Positions 46,014 to 56,183 of a DNA stretch of 64,000 nt are shown one piece after another. Numbering within the stretch: position 1 is the stretch's first letter; the number at the start of each line of letters is the position of its first letter. The translations under genes were made by a program, and so were the position numbers. Below the pieces are notes generated by a model. It was not told where the DNA came from. It did no database searches and saw nothing but the letters and a program-made list of their open reading frames with translations. Source of the stretch: Treponemataceae bacterium (GTDB taxonomy: Bacteria; Spirochaetota; Spirochaetia; Treponematales; Rectinemataceae); NCBI GenBank assembly GCA_963677895.2, contig CAXXGJ010000002.1:320001-384000 (forward strand), read 5' to 3'.

Positions 46014-46811
46014 ATGCCGCATATGCGTCCGCCATTATTGCCCGATTTTCCCCGTCCCCTCGTTTTCGCCCACAGGGGGCTTTCGACTATCTATCCCGAA
46101 AACACGATGGCCGCTTACAGAGGCGCCAGGGATGCCGGCATTCCCGGCATAGAACTCGACGTGCACCTGACGAAGGACGGAAAGCTCGTCGTGTTCCACG
46201 ACGACACGACGAAGCGCATCGTCGCGCGGCCCGACGATCCAAGCGGCGCGCTGGCCTTTTCGCTCGAAGGATCCGATTACGCCTTCCTGGCTTCCCTCGA
46301 TATCGGCTCCTGGAAGGATCCCGCTTTTTCAGGCGAGAGAATGCCTCTTCTGGACGACGTTTTCGAGGAATTCGGCAAGACCCAGTATGTCGATGTGGAA
46401 ATCAAGAGCAGGACGACGGGGGACGCCGGCCTCGAGCGGCTACTTTCCGAAACCATCGCCCGCCACGGCATGGAGAGGCGCTGCGTCGTCTCTTCCTTCA
46501 ATCCTTTCGCCTTGCGCAGGTTCAAGACGATCGCGAGGGAAATACCCACCGCCATAATCTGGTCCAGGTCAAAGGAGCTCTACGCCTTCCTGCGCCGAGG
46601 CGAGGGGCGGTGGATCGGCAACGTCGACGTCCTCAAGCCCGAACATGTCCTTCTTAAGCACAAGAGGCTCTTTGCCGAGCTCAGGCGTCCCGTCCTTCCC
46701 TGGACGGTCGACACGGAGGCCGATGCCGAACGCGTTCTGGCCTCAGGGGCCGCCGGCATCATCTCCAACTGTCCCCAGAAGATCCGAGCCTGGCGCCGAA
46801 GCGGCGGCTGA
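46014..46811 (+). CDS. Glycerophosphodiester phosphodiesterase
   Basis: AHRG, PENTMAAY, ELDVHLTKDG, FHD, VEIK, SSFN, WTVD. Confidence 0.92.
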   Translation: MPHMRPPLLPDFPRPLVFAHRGLSTIYPENTMAAYRGARDAGIPGIELDVHLTKDGKLVVFHDDTTKRIVARPDDPSGALAFSLEGSDYAFLASLDIGSWKDPAFSGERMPLLDDVFEEFGKTQYVDVEIKSRTTGDAGLERLLSETIARHGMERRCVVSSFNPFALRRFKTIAREIPTAIIWSRSKELYAFLRRGEGRWIGNVDVLKPEHVLLKHKRLFAELRRPVLPWTVDTEADAERVLASGAAGIISNCPQKIRAWRRSGG

Positions 46812-46851
46812 CGCGCTTTCCAGGCCTCTGCCTCAGGTTCAAGCCCCCGGC

Positions 46852-48573
46852 TTAGCTCTCTATCTCGTGGATATGGCGGGCGAGGGGCAGACGTCTGCCG
46901 ATGCCGAAAGCGCGCTTCGAAACCTTGATCGTCGGCGCGGCTTGGCGCCGTTTGTATTCCGCCTTCGCCGTCAGCCCGAGCACCTTCAAGACCAATGACC
47001 TTTCGAAACCCTTGGCCACGATATCCTCGAACGAAGCGTCCTCTTCGATATAAAGGCGCAGAATGCCGTCCAGCAGATCGTATTCGGGCAGGCTGTCCTG
47101 ATCCTTCTGGTTGGGCCTGAGCTCGGCGCTCGGGGCTTTCTCGATGATGGGCAGCGGAATGGGTTCGGGTTTTCCGGCCGCCGCGGCCAGCTTGTTCAGA
47201 TGCCTGGCGAGCGCGAAGACCTCCGTCTTGTAGAGGTCGCCGATGGGAGCCAGGGCGCCGCACATGTCGCCGTAAAGCGTGCAGTAGCCGGCCGCTATTT
47301 CGCTCTTGTTGCCCGTGGTGAGCAAAAGGGCGTTGAACTTGTTCGACCAGGCCATGAGAAGAGCTCCCCTTATCCTCGCCTGGAGGTTTTCCTCGGCGAG
47401 ATCGAAGGGGCGTCCGGCGAAGGGAATGGCGAGGAGGTCGAGGTAGGCCTTGAAGGGAGCCTCGATCGAAAGTCTCTCGAGTCTTATGCCGCCGCGATGG
47501 CAGAGCTCGACGGAATCATCGACGGAACCATCGCTCGAGAACCTGCTTGGCATGGTGATGCAGGTGATGTTCTCGGCGCCGAGGGCTTCGGCGCCCAGGA
47601 CGGCCACCATGGCCGAATCGATGCCGCCCGACAGACCCAGGCAGGCCTTGGAGAATCCCGATTTTTTCATGTAGTCGCGGATGCCGACGACAAGGGCTCG
47701 ATGGATTTCCTCGATCGCTTCGTCGGAATCCTGCGCGGCGCCGAGGCCGTCCAACAAACCCTCCGACTCCACATCGCTGACGCGCGCGGTCATCGTGGCG
47801 GTGTCGATGGTGAGGAAGGATTCCTCCCATCCGCACATGGCGACCGTCTCGCCCTCGGGCGACACCGCGAAGGAGCGTCCGTCGAAGACGAGCGAATCGT
47901 TGGCGCCGACCGCGTTGCAATAGAGGACGGGGATGTGGCCTTCCTTCGCCCTGCCCCTGGCGAGGGCGAGCCGCGTCTTCAGTTTGCCCGCGACGAAGGG
48001 AGAGGCCGAGGGAACGATGAGAAGGTCGATGTTCGCGTCGAGAAGATCTTTCACCGGATCGACCGCGTACTTGAAGGAGGGGGAGGGAGGCGCTTCCCAC
48101 CAAAGATCCTCGCAGATGGCGAAGCCTATCCTGCCCGAGGGAGGCGTGAAGACTTTTCTCGTCCTGGCCGGCTCGAAATAGCGGGCTTCGTCGAAGACAT
48201 CATAGGTGGGCAGGAGGGTCTTTTCCTGGGTGAAGACGATTTTGCCGTCGGCGATGACGGAAAAAGCGTTGACCAGGGCGCGGCCCGACCCGGTCCTGTT
48301 CCTGTCGACGTAGCCCAGGGCGACGGCCGCCGATTTCGGGAGATCCCGCTGAAGGAGCCGCAGCGCGGAAAGACTGCCTTCGACGAAGGCTTCCTGATCG
48401 AGAAGATCCATCGGAGGGTAGCCGCAGAGCGCCAATTCCGGAAATATGAGGAGTTCGGGCTTGCCCGAGGAAGCCGAATCGGCTATGGCTTTTTTCGAGA
48501 GTTCGACGATCCTGCGCGCGTTTCCGGCAAAATCGCCGATGACCGAATTCATCTGAACCAGGGTAACGATCAT
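46852..48573 (-). CDS. nadE: Glutamine-dependent NAD+ synthetase
   Basis: Nitrilase-like domain (FPEL, ICEDLW) plus GLSGGIDS, ENLQARIRG, TGNKSE, PSAELRPNQKD, AEYKRRQ. Confidence 0.95.
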   Translation of the reverse strand: MIVTLVQMNSVIGDFAGNARRIVELSKKAIADSASSGKPELLIFPELALCGYPPMDLLDQEAFVEGSLSALRLLQRDLPKSAAVALGYVDRNRTGSGRALVNAFSVIADGKIVFTQEKTLLPTYDVFDEARYFEPARTRKVFTPPSGRIGFAICEDLWWEAPPSPSFKYAVDPVKDLLDANIDLLIVPSASPFVAGKLKTRLALARGRAKEGHIPVLYCNAVGANDSLVFDGRSFAVSPEGETVAMCGWEESFLTIDTATMTARVSDVESEGLLDGLGAAQDSDEAIEEIHRALVVGIRDYMKKSGFSKACLGLSGGIDSAMVAVLGAEALGAENITCITMPSRFSSDGSVDDSVELCHRGGIRLERLSIEAPFKAYLDLLAIPFAGRPFDLAEENLQARIRGALLMAWSNKFNALLLTTGNKSEIAAGYCTLYGDMCGALAPIGDLYKTEVFALARHLNKLAAAAGKPEPIPLPIIEKAPSAELRPNQKDQDSLPEYDLLDGILRLYIEEDASFEDIVAKGFERSLVLKVLGLTAKAEYKRRQAAPTIKVSKRAFGIGRRLPLARHIHEIES

Positions 48574-48589
48574 GACAGCTCCCCTTGTC

Positions 48590-49600
48590 TCATTTGATTT
48601 TCTTCCTCAACTTTCTGGCTGACATTTTGCTGGCGCTGCGCTGGGCTACCTCAAGGTCTCTCAGGCTGCGTCGTTTCTGCGCGTTCAGGAAGAGCAGCCC
48701 TCCGGCGATCATGAAGAAACAGAGAATCTGCCCCATGGAAAAATTGAGAAGGGTCGTGAAGGTATAGGTAGGGGCATCGGGATTCCCGAGCTTGATGATG
48801 TAGCCGAGGCCGGAATCGGGCTCGCGGAAATACTCGATCACGAATCGCACGAGGCCATAACCGACAATGTAGACGCCGGAGGCGAAACCTTCGAAGGGGC
48901 GCCGCTTGCGGACGACGAGCCACAGGAGGACCCATAGCGCCAACCCTTCGAATATGGCTTCGTAGAGCTGGGAAGGATGCCTCGGCAGGTTTACGACGTC
49001 GTTCATGGAGTTGAGCGTTATGCCCGCCTTAGCCGCTATCTCCTGAACCCAGGTTTCGCGCGCCGAAAATCTCTCGGCGTAGGGGAAAACCATTCCCCAG
49101 GGGGCGCTGGTCACTTTGCCCCAAAGCTCGCCGTTTATGAAGTTTCCGAGCCGGCCGAAGGTGTAGCCCAGGGGCGCCGCCATGGCGATGATGTCGGCCC
49201 AGGCCAGCCACTTTTCCTTCTTTACCTTACACCAGATTAGGGTCGCGGCAATGACGCCCACGAGCCCTCCATGGAAGGACATCCCCTGATAGCCCACGAA
49301 ACGTCCCGTCTCGTCGAAGGGCCAAAGGATGAACCAGGGGCGGCGCCAGTAGTAATCGGTCGGTTCGTAGATGAGCGTGCCCGCGAGCCTTCCGCCGATG
49401 AGGACGCCCACGATGGCCCAGAGGAAGAAATTAGCCGCCAACTCTTCGGACCAGGGCTTGCCCAATCGCTTCGACTCGAAGCGGAAGAGAAACCAGGCCG
49501 TGCCGAAAGCGAGAACATACATGAGGCCATACCACCGGAAAGGCAGGCCGGGGATGATCTCTGGCTTAAGCCAGGCAGGGAATTCAAGCATTGCCGCCAT
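48590..49600 (-). CDS. lgt: Prolipoprotein diacylglyceryl transferase
   Basis: RWYGLMY, GMSFHGG, GRLGNFINGELWG, RHPSQLYE, EYFREPD. Confidence 0.96.
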   Translation of the reverse strand: MAAMLEFPAWLKPEIIPGLPFRWYGLMYVLAFGTAWFLFRFESKRLGKPWSEELAANFFLWAIVGVLIGGRLAGTLIYEPTDYYWRRPWFILWPFDETGRFVGYQGMSFHGGLVGVIAATLIWCKVKKEKWLAWADIIAMAAPLGYTFGRLGNFINGELWGKVTSAPWGMVFPYAERFSARETWVQEIAAKAGITLNSMNDVVNLPRHPSQLYEAIFEGLALWVLLWLVVRKRRPFEGFASGVYIVGYGLVRFVIEYFREPDSGLGYIIKLGNPDAPTYTFTTLLNFSMGQILCFFMIAGGLLFLNAQKRRSLRDLEVAQRSASKMSARKLRKKIK

Positions 49601-50067
49601 CATTGTTCCTTGTTGGGAAGTGTTGTCCCGCCGCCGTCTTTTGCTGGCGCGGATTTCCGGTCATTGCGTGGGAGCGCGCCGGGTATGATGATGAATCCGC
49701 AAAAAACATCGATCAGGAGGGAAGCGAAATACGCCACCGCGCTTTTCGAAAACCCTTGGGCGTCTTTGGTGGCCACCATGAGCTTGGACAGATCCTTCGC
49801 CGCCGGCATCATTATGGCGGCGAGAAAAGCCAGGGATCCCAGCTCGAAAAGCGCAACCAAAGGCCTGAACGATCGGTATCTGTCTTCATCGAGATAGAGG
49901 AAGAAAAAGCAGACTGCCGGTATGATATGGGGAAATATCAGGAAACGCAGGTATGACGAAGAAACGCCGCCGGAATCGGAAAGCCCTATGCCCACCGCTA
50001 TGGTGCCGAGGAAAAAGGGCTTGCAGAGCGACAAGACGGCGGCGGCCAGATATTTCAGCTTTCTCAT
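49600..50067 (-). CDS. Hypothetical membrane protein (about 4 TM)
   Basis: Hydrophobic segments; stop overlaps the lgt start region. Confidence 0.55.
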   Translation of the reverse strand: MRKLKYLAAAVLSLCKPFFLGTIAVGIGLSDSGGVSSSYLRFLIFPHIIPAVCFFFLYLDEDRYRSFRPLVALFELGSLAFLAAIMMPAAKDLSKLMVATKDAQGFSKSAVAYFASLLIDVFCGFIIIPGALPRNDRKSAPAKDGGGTTLPNKEQ

Positions 50068-50214
50068 ACGGACATCAGTCTAGTGGGCTGTGCGCCGTCG
50101 GGTCAATAGACATGGGATGTTCACTTAAGCGCTCGCCATACTATAATCAGGAATCGGCTCGGCGCCGCGGTATGAGGATTGACGAGCAAGTCGCCGAACA
50201 AGGATAGTTCAACC

Positions 50215-51693
50215 ATGAGAATTTTTAGAAACGGACCAGGGCGTTCCACTATCGCATGGAGTCTTGCGGGTCTGATAGCTTTGTCCGTATGTTTTTTTGC
50301 CGTTTCGGTGCCCGAAGCGACCGCGCAGACGACAAAGAACTCGAACGACGACGCCAAACGCTATTCCCAACTTATCCAGACTATTTACCAGTTCATAATC
50401 CAGAATTATGTCGATGAAGTCGATCCGGCCAAACTCTACCAGGGAGCGATGAAGGGCATGTTCGACGCCGTCGGCGACCCTCATTCGACCTTTCTCGATG
50501 AAGCCATGCTTTCCGATTTGATGCGCGAAACCGATGGCGAATACGCCGGCGTAGGTTTGTATATATCGAAGCTGCCCGGGACCTCTCCCGAAGGGGAACC
50601 GAATTACGTGGAGGTAGTGTCGCCTATCGAGGATACGCCCGGCTGGAAGCAAGGCATACTTCCCGGGGACCTTATCGTGAAGATAGACGGCGAGAGCACC
50701 GCCGACATGACCGTCGACCAGGCATCGGCCAAGATCAGGGGACCGGCGGGCACGCAGGTCCGCCTCAGCTTCATGCGGGGCGCTTCCTATGAGTTCGAAG
50801 TCGAATTCACCCGCGCCACCATCGAGATACCCGCCATCAAGACGGGAATCATCAGAAAAGACGGGGCCGTCATCGGCTATCTCCGCATCATCGAATGGAT
50901 TCCCCAGACGGTCGAGCGCATGCAGAATGCCCTGAGCCAGATGACCAAGGACGGCATGACGCATCTCGTCGTCGATGTCCGCTCCAATCCGGGTGGGCTG
51001 CTCAGCTCGGTCGTGGACGTGAGCGATCTCTTCCTGACTTCCGGGATGATCGTTTCGACGAAGGGCCGGAACAACCAGGAGAATTTCGAGTACAAGGCGA
51101 ATGTATCCGTCGCGATACCCGACTCGATACATATGATCGTCCTCGTGAACCGGGGATCGGCTTCGGCTTCCGAAATTTTCTCTGGGGCGATGAAGGACCA
51201 GCGGCGCGCGCTCCTCCTCGGCGAAAAAACCTATGGCAAGGGTTCGGTCCAGCAGATATTCCCTCTCGACACCACGGGCTTCAAGCTTACGATGGCCCGC
51301 TACTATACGCCTTCAGGCGTCAATATCGACAAGTCGGGCATCGAGCCCGATGTCCTCGTTCCCGATTGGGATTTTACCGAGGCTCAGTTCAACGACCTTG
51401 AAAAGCTTTACGCCGCGGGACTCATTCAGGGCTACGCGAAAGCGCATCCCGACGCGAGCCCCGAAGCGCGGAAGGCGAGGGCCAGGGAGATTGTCGAATC
51501 GGGATACTCGCTCCCTCAGGACTATATAGACAGGCTTCTGCGCGACGAGCTGGAGAGGGCCAAACCCTCAAGGGTCTACGATCTGGAATTCGACACTCAG
51601 CTGAACAAAGCCATCGAAGTCCTGTTGAGCCCCGAGTTTCCGCTGCTTCTGGAAAACAGCAAATCGGTCAGCCAAGTCCTTTCGGCCAAGTAA
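50215..51693 (+). CDS. ctpA: Carboxyl-terminal processing protease (S41A)
   Basis: DPHS, PDZ domain, DVRSNPGG, SASASEI, GEKTYGKGSVQ, ARYYTPSG. Confidence 0.93.
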   Translation: MRIFRNGPGRSTIAWSLAGLIALSVCFFAVSVPEATAQTTKNSNDDAKRYSQLIQTIYQFIIQNYVDEVDPAKLYQGAMKGMFDAVGDPHSTFLDEAMLSDLMRETDGEYAGVGLYISKLPGTSPEGEPNYVEVVSPIEDTPGWKQGILPGDLIVKIDGESTADMTVDQASAKIRGPAGTQVRLSFMRGASYEFEVEFTRATIEIPAIKTGIIRKDGAVIGYLRIIEWIPQTVERMQNALSQMTKDGMTHLVVDVRSNPGGLLSSVVDVSDLFLTSGMIVSTKGRNNQENFEYKANVSVAIPDSIHMIVLVNRGSASASEIFSGAMKDQRRALLLGEKTYGKGSVQQIFPLDTTGFKLTMARYYTPSGVNIDKSGIEPDVLVPDWDFTEAQFNDLEKLYAAGLIQGYAKAHPDASPEARKARAREIVESGYSLPQDYIDRLLRDELERAKPSRVYDLEFDTQLNKAIEVLLSPEFPLLLENSKSVSQVLSAK

Positions 51694-51702
51694 GGCGTCC
51701 CA

Positions 51703-52485
51703 ATGCGGCAACTAGTGCTTCCCGGCGATAGGGCTGGCGATAGACGCTTCGTCCTCGACGAAAAAACCTCCCGCTACCTTCTCCGCGTTCTGCGCATGGG
51801 GCGGGGCGATTCATTTTCCGCCCTCGACGAAGCGGGAAACCGCTTCCTCTGCACGATCGAGGACGCTTCCGCGGCGGCGGCTATCGTCGCGCTCGCGCCT
51901 GAGAAGGACGGCGCCGCTGATGTACCGAGCGTGGCTCGCATCGCCCTGGTCCAAGGGCTGCCCAAGGGCCCCAAGATGGATCTCATCCTGAGACAGGCCG
52001 TCGAGGCCGGAGCCGCCGCGGTTTTTCCCCTGCAGACGCGCAACTGCGTCGTCCGCGAAAGGAACGAGAAGGACATCGCCGAGAAATTGGAACGGAGGCG
52101 CAAGATAGTCAGGGAAGCCCTCCAGCAGTCGGGCTCCACGGTCCGGACGAAGATTCTTCCGACCGCCTCGATCGACACCCTCGCCAAGGCTCTGGGCGAC
52201 GAGGGATTCCCGCCGGAAAGCTCTCTCCTTCTCATGTTCCACGAACTCCCCATCGCGGAGAAGAGTCTCCATGAGTGCTGCGCGGGAGATCCCTTGCCGA
52301 CGGTCGTCCTCATAGGGCCCGAAGGCGGATTCGCGCCCGAAGAAACCGAGGCTTTCAGGGTCATGGGCTTCCAGCCGGTACACTTCGAAGGCACGATTCT
52401 CAGGACGGAAACGGCGGCGCTCTTCGCGCTGGCGGCCGTAAAAACCATAATGACGGAACGGACTTCATGGACACTATCGAAATAA
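51703..52485 (+). CDS. rsmE: 16S rRNA m3U1498 methyltransferase
   Basis: LRVLRM, KMDLILRQAVEAG, EALQQS, IGPEGGF, ILRTETA. Confidence 0.92.
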   Translation: MRQLVLPGDRAGDRRFVLDEKTSRYLLRVLRMGRGDSFSALDEAGNRFLCTIEDASAAAAIVALAPEKDGAADVPSVARIALVQGLPKGPKMDLILRQAVEAGAAAVFPLQTRNCVVRERNEKDIAEKLERRRKIVREALQQSGSTVRTKILPTASIDTLAKALGDEGFPPESSLLLMFHELPIAEKSLHECCAGDPLPTVVLIGPEGGFAPEETEAFRVMGFQPVHFEGTILRTETAALFALAAVKTIMTERTSWTLSK

Positions 52486-53201
52486 CTAGCATCGCGCTCG
52501 GCCGGCTGCGCCTGGATTTTCCCTCCGAAAAGCAGATAGCGGCGCTGGCTTCGGCCTGGGACGACGCGTCCAATCACCAGATATGCTTTCTGCAAACCTC
52601 GAATTTTCATGCCGCCGGCAGGGTGAGCGAATACGCTTCGATGGTGGAAAGCGCCGATCTGATTCTGGCCGCGTCGCCGGCGCTCCCGAACATGGCGGTA
52701 GAGAAATCTGGCGCCGGAAAAGCCGGTAAGGCTGCTGAAGCCGGCAAAGCCGCCGAGGCCGCAGTCCGGAAACGTTCGATCGCGATCGGGGACAAACACA
52801 GGGACTATCTCTCCTATTTTGGTCCCCCGGAAGAGGAAGAGAACCCTTTCCACCACTACCAGCCGCTCAAGACCCTTTCTCTTTTCCTCTCGGCTCTGGA
52901 ACAGCGTCGCGGTTCAGTTTTTCTCGTCGGAGGATCCCTTCCGACGCTTCAGAAAGCCGAGGCGAATATCCGATCGACCTTTCCCGAACTTCGGGTGGTG
53001 GGACGAGCGGTGGGCGATTATCACGAAAGGGACGAAGCGGCGATAATGAGGGCATTGCAGAAGTCCTCGCCGGACATGATCATCGTGGGTTCCCTGGTCA
53101 AGGACAACGAACTCTGGATTCCGCGCCATATGCGTTATACGAAATCAGGCATCTTTTTCTATGAAAGCGCCATCATGGAGATTCTGGCCGGAAAACGATA
53201 A
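52467..53201 (+). CDS. WecB/TagA/CpsF-family glycosyltransferase-like protein (divergent)
   Basis: SADLIL, SVFLVGG, FPELRVVG, PDMIIVG, ELWI; lacks the usual C-terminal RAP...LEW segment. Confidence 0.65.
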   Translation: MDTIEITSIALGRLRLDFPSEKQIAALASAWDDASNHQICFLQTSNFHAAGRVSEYASMVESADLILAASPALPNMAVEKSGAGKAGKAAEAGKAAEAAVRKRSIAIGDKHRDYLSYFGPPEEEENPFHHYQPLKTLSLFLSALEQRRGSVFLVGGSLPTLQKAEANIRSTFPELRVVGRAVGDYHERDEAAIMRALQKSSPDMIIVGSLVKDNELWIPRHMRYTKSGIFFYESAIMEILAGKR

Positions 53202-53347
53202 TAAGCGGCCGACGAGCCGTTTTTATGGGTATTTATGTCAAAATCCCGGGTTTTACTTAAGCAAATCGCTCAGCAATAGATGATTGTCTACTGCCTGGAT
53301 CAAAATTATATCTTCCACATCGTTTAATAATCTTTAATAATGAAGGT

Positions 53348-54517
53348 ATGAAAGCAATCGCCTATTGGGATGTGGACAGCCAGCGAATCCGGAAAGTGCT
53401 TGGCGAACTGCGCGCCGGATTCGATGTGAGACTGGCGGCGACCTTGGGCGAACTGCATAAAATAAGTCTGGGCGATCGTGATGTCTGCGCCTTGATCATA
53501 GGCGTCCCGTCGGCGGATCAGAAAAGCATAGTGAACTTGCTTGGCATATTTTCGGATGTGTCAGGAATTCCGATCTTCGTTCTGGCCGGAAAGCGGATTC
53601 CCACCGTCTTCGACGCAGGCATCGGTGCCGTTGCCAACGCCAGTTCTAGCGCGGCCTTTATTTTCATCTATTCGGGAGATCTATCCTCCCTGTGCTTTAA
53701 AATCGTCGCGGCTACCGAAAAAAGCGCCGAGGAAGCGGAAGGCGCGGTCCGCATGTTCATCGGAAGAAGCAAGGCCATACAGGGCATATCGGCCCTCGTC
53801 CGAAAATACGCCGAATCGCGCCACCCCGTCCTCATCCTGGGCGAAACCGGCAGCGGCAAGGAACTCGTGGCCAGAGCCCTCCATTCGTATTCCTCCAGAA
53901 AGGAAGAGCCATTCATAGCGCTCAACTGTTCGGCATTGCCCGAACACCTCGTCGAGAGCGAACTTTTCGGGGCGGAAAGGGGGGCTTTTACCGATGCAGT
54001 GAAACATAGGGGCGCGCTCGCGAACGCGGCGAAGGGCACCTTGTTCCTCGACGAGATCGGCAGCATGTCGCGTTCCGCCCAGCCCAAGCTGCTGCGGGCG
54101 CTCGAAACGGGGGAATTCTGGAAGCTCGGCGCCGAAAAACCAGAAAAATCCGATTTCAGGCTTGTGAGCGCCACCTGCGTCAACATCGAGACGGAGATCC
54201 AACACGGATCTTTCAGGGCTGACTTATTTTACAGAATCTCCGACCTCCCCATCAAGATTCCTCCTTTGAGGGAGCATATGGAAGATGTGGCCGATCTGGC
54301 GCGGCACTTTTGCCTCCAGGCGGGGAAGGGGTATTGCGAACTCGGTTCCGGCGCCCTTTCCAGGCTCATGGATTATCAGTGGCCGGGAAACGTGCGGGAA
54401 CTCAAATCGGTGATAAATCGGGCATGCGTGAACGTTCAGAAAGGGGCTATTCAGCCTGAGGATATCGTGTTCATGTCGGGTCTGAAGGATGTCGCGCGGC
54501 GAGGGCGCAGGCCTTGA
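53348..54517 (+). CDS. Sigma54-interaction (bEBP) AAA+ protein without a C-terminal HTH
   Basis: GETGSGKE, ESELFG, GAFTDA, FLDEIG, FRADLFYR, WPGNVREL; the ORF ends about 40 aa later. Confidence 0.85.
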   Translation: MKAIAYWDVDSQRIRKVLGELRAGFDVRLAATLGELHKISLGDRDVCALIIGVPSADQKSIVNLLGIFSDVSGIPIFVLAGKRIPTVFDAGIGAVANASSSAAFIFIYSGDLSSLCFKIVAATEKSAEEAEGAVRMFIGRSKAIQGISALVRKYAESRHPVLILGETGSGKELVARALHSYSSRKEEPFIALNCSALPEHLVESELFGAERGAFTDAVKHRGALANAAKGTLFLDEIGSMSRSAQPKLLRALETGEFWKLGAEKPEKSDFRLVSATCVNIETEIQHGSFRADLFYRISDLPIKIPPLREHMEDVADLARHFCLQAGKGYCELGSGALSRLMDYQWPGNVRELKSVINRACVNVQKGAIQPEDIVFMSGLKDVARRGRRP

Positions 54518-55226
54518 GGAAGAGGCGCTGGAGATAGTCGACTTCCTTCACGCTGGCCCCGGCCCTTTCGCAAAGATCTCTCAGGAAATGCCGAGCGTAC
54601 ATGTCATCGCTTTTTCTGAAGAAACCTTGTCTCGAAAGCGCTTCGACAATCCGCGCGACGCCGGAATCGACGACCAGCCTTGTGGCCGGAACCGCGGAGC
54701 GCTCCCGAGCCGATGATTTTTCGGCCGCGTTCGACGCGAAAAACTCCCAGCAGGCGATCTGCGCCGCCTGCGCGACGTTGAGCGACGGGCAGGATTCCGA
54801 TGTGGGGATGCGAACGGCGAGGCTGCAGAGGTTCAGCTCGGCGTCCGAGAGCCCGTCCTTCTCGTTGCCGAAAACGAGGGCCAGGGCACAAGGACCGCGC
54901 TTATTCGCGCTCTGGACGAAATCCCTCAACGCTTCCGAGCCTTCCTTCCGCTTTTCGCCCCCGCGGCGAGAGAAGCCGGCGACGAGAGAAAATTCCCCGA
55001 GCGCCGTCTCCAGCGTCGCGAAGCGCCTGGCCTTTTCGAAAATGTCGTAGGCATGAACCGCCATCATGCGCACTTTTTCCTCTTCGTATTCCGGACAACC
55101 GGCCAGCAGGAGTTTTTCGACGCCCATGGCCTTCATCGCCCTGCATATCGAGCCGACGTTGTCCGATCCCGTCACCCGGCTGAGTACTATGGAAAGGTCC
55201 ATGCCCTGTCCGCCCGCAGGATTCAT
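54471..55226 (-). CDS. SPOUT tRNA/rRNA methyltransferase, TrmJ/LasT family
   Basis: NVGSICRAMKAMG, LVFGNEKDGLS, SLNVAQA; GGAGG SD before 55226. Confidence 0.85.
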   Translation of the reverse strand: MNPAGGQGMDLSIVLSRVTGSDNVGSICRAMKAMGVEKLLLAGCPEYEEEKVRMMAVHAYDIFEKARRFATLETALGEFSLVAGFSRRGGEKRKEGSEALRDFVQSANKRGPCALALVFGNEKDGLSDAELNLCSLAVRIPTSESCPSLNVAQAAQIACWEFFASNAAEKSSARERSAVPATRLVVDSGVARIVEALSRQGFFRKSDDMYARHFLRDLCERAGASVKEVDYLQRLFLKACALAARHPSDPT

Positions 55227-55281
55227 TCCGTCCTCCATCGATTGGCTTGCTAGTCCCCGAGAGGCGTCATATAGTATCGCC

Positions 55282-56067
55282 ATGGAACCGAGGAAACAAG
55301 CCGATATCGAAAAGGGAAAGACAGTGGAGGCTCGGCGGGATTCAGTCCTGCGCGGCCGGCGCGCGCTCGTCGTGGGCGGCTCGGGCGGCATAGGACGGGC
55401 GGTTTCGCTGGAGCTCGCCGCCCGGGGAGCTTCCCTCTTCATCCACGGCAGAACCTCGAGCAAGGTAGGCGATCTCGTCGCCGCGATCAGGCGAGGCGGC
55501 GGCGAAGCCGAGGGACTGGCCCTGGATCTGGATTCGCCCGAGCCTCTTCTCGCCGTCATCGGCGCCGACAACGTTTTCGACATTCTCGTCGTCGCCTTCG
55601 GACCTTTCGTCAGGAAACCCTTCGCCGCCTACAGTCCTTCCGACTGGGAAAAAATGGCGCTTCTCAATCTGGCCTTGCCTGGAGCGCTCGCCAGCAGGCT
55701 TTTCCCCGCGATGTGCGATCGCGGTTTCGGCCGCATGCTTTTTTTCGGCGGGACGCGCACCGACACCATCCGCGGCTTCACTTCCAACGCGGCCTACGCG
55801 GCGGCGAAAACCGGTCTCGGCGTCCTCGCCAAGTCGATAGCCATCGAAGGCGCGGCGCACAATGTCGCCGCGATAACCGTATGCCCTGGAATTGTCCGCA
55901 CCGAGTACATCGACACGGCCGAGGCATCGACGCTCGCCCTGATGGCTCCCGGCGGCAAGCTTTCCGATCCGGCCGAAGTGGCCGCCATAGCCCTGGATCT
56001 GATGGACAGGGATCCCTGCATCGCCTCGGGAGCCATCGTTTCGCTGGACTCCGGTTTTTCGCCCTAA
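55282..56067 (+). CDS. Short-chain dehydrogenase/reductase
   Basis: GGSGGIG, YAAAK, VCPG. Confidence 0.85.
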   Translation: MEPRKQADIEKGKTVEARRDSVLRGRRALVVGGSGGIGRAVSLELAARGASLFIHGRTSSKVGDLVAAIRRGGGEAEGLALDLDSPEPLLAVIGADNVFDILVVAFGPFVRKPFAAYSPSDWEKMALLNLALPGALASRLFPAMCDRGFGRMLFFGGTRTDTIRGFTSNAAYAAAKTGLGVLAKSIAIEGAAHNVAAITVCPGIVRTEYIDTAEASTLALMAPGGKLSDPAEVAAIALDLMDRDPCIASGAIVSLDSGFSP

Positions 56068-56148
56068 AAAGCCCCTGACATGTTCCTGAAATATCGCGAG
56101 GCTGGCCAAATATAATTTTCCGCGGCTTCCGTCGCCTGTGCGGGCGGT

Positions 56149-56177
56149 TTGACAAGAAAAGCCCGGGGCGCTACGAT
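56149..56177 (+). promoter_or_regulatory. sigma70 promoter of the STAS-CesT-pspA operon (leaderless geometry)
   Basis: TTGACA, 17 bp, TACGAT; ATG at 56184 lies 6 nt further with no SD. Confidence 0.75.
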
Positions 56178-56183
56178 GCTTTC

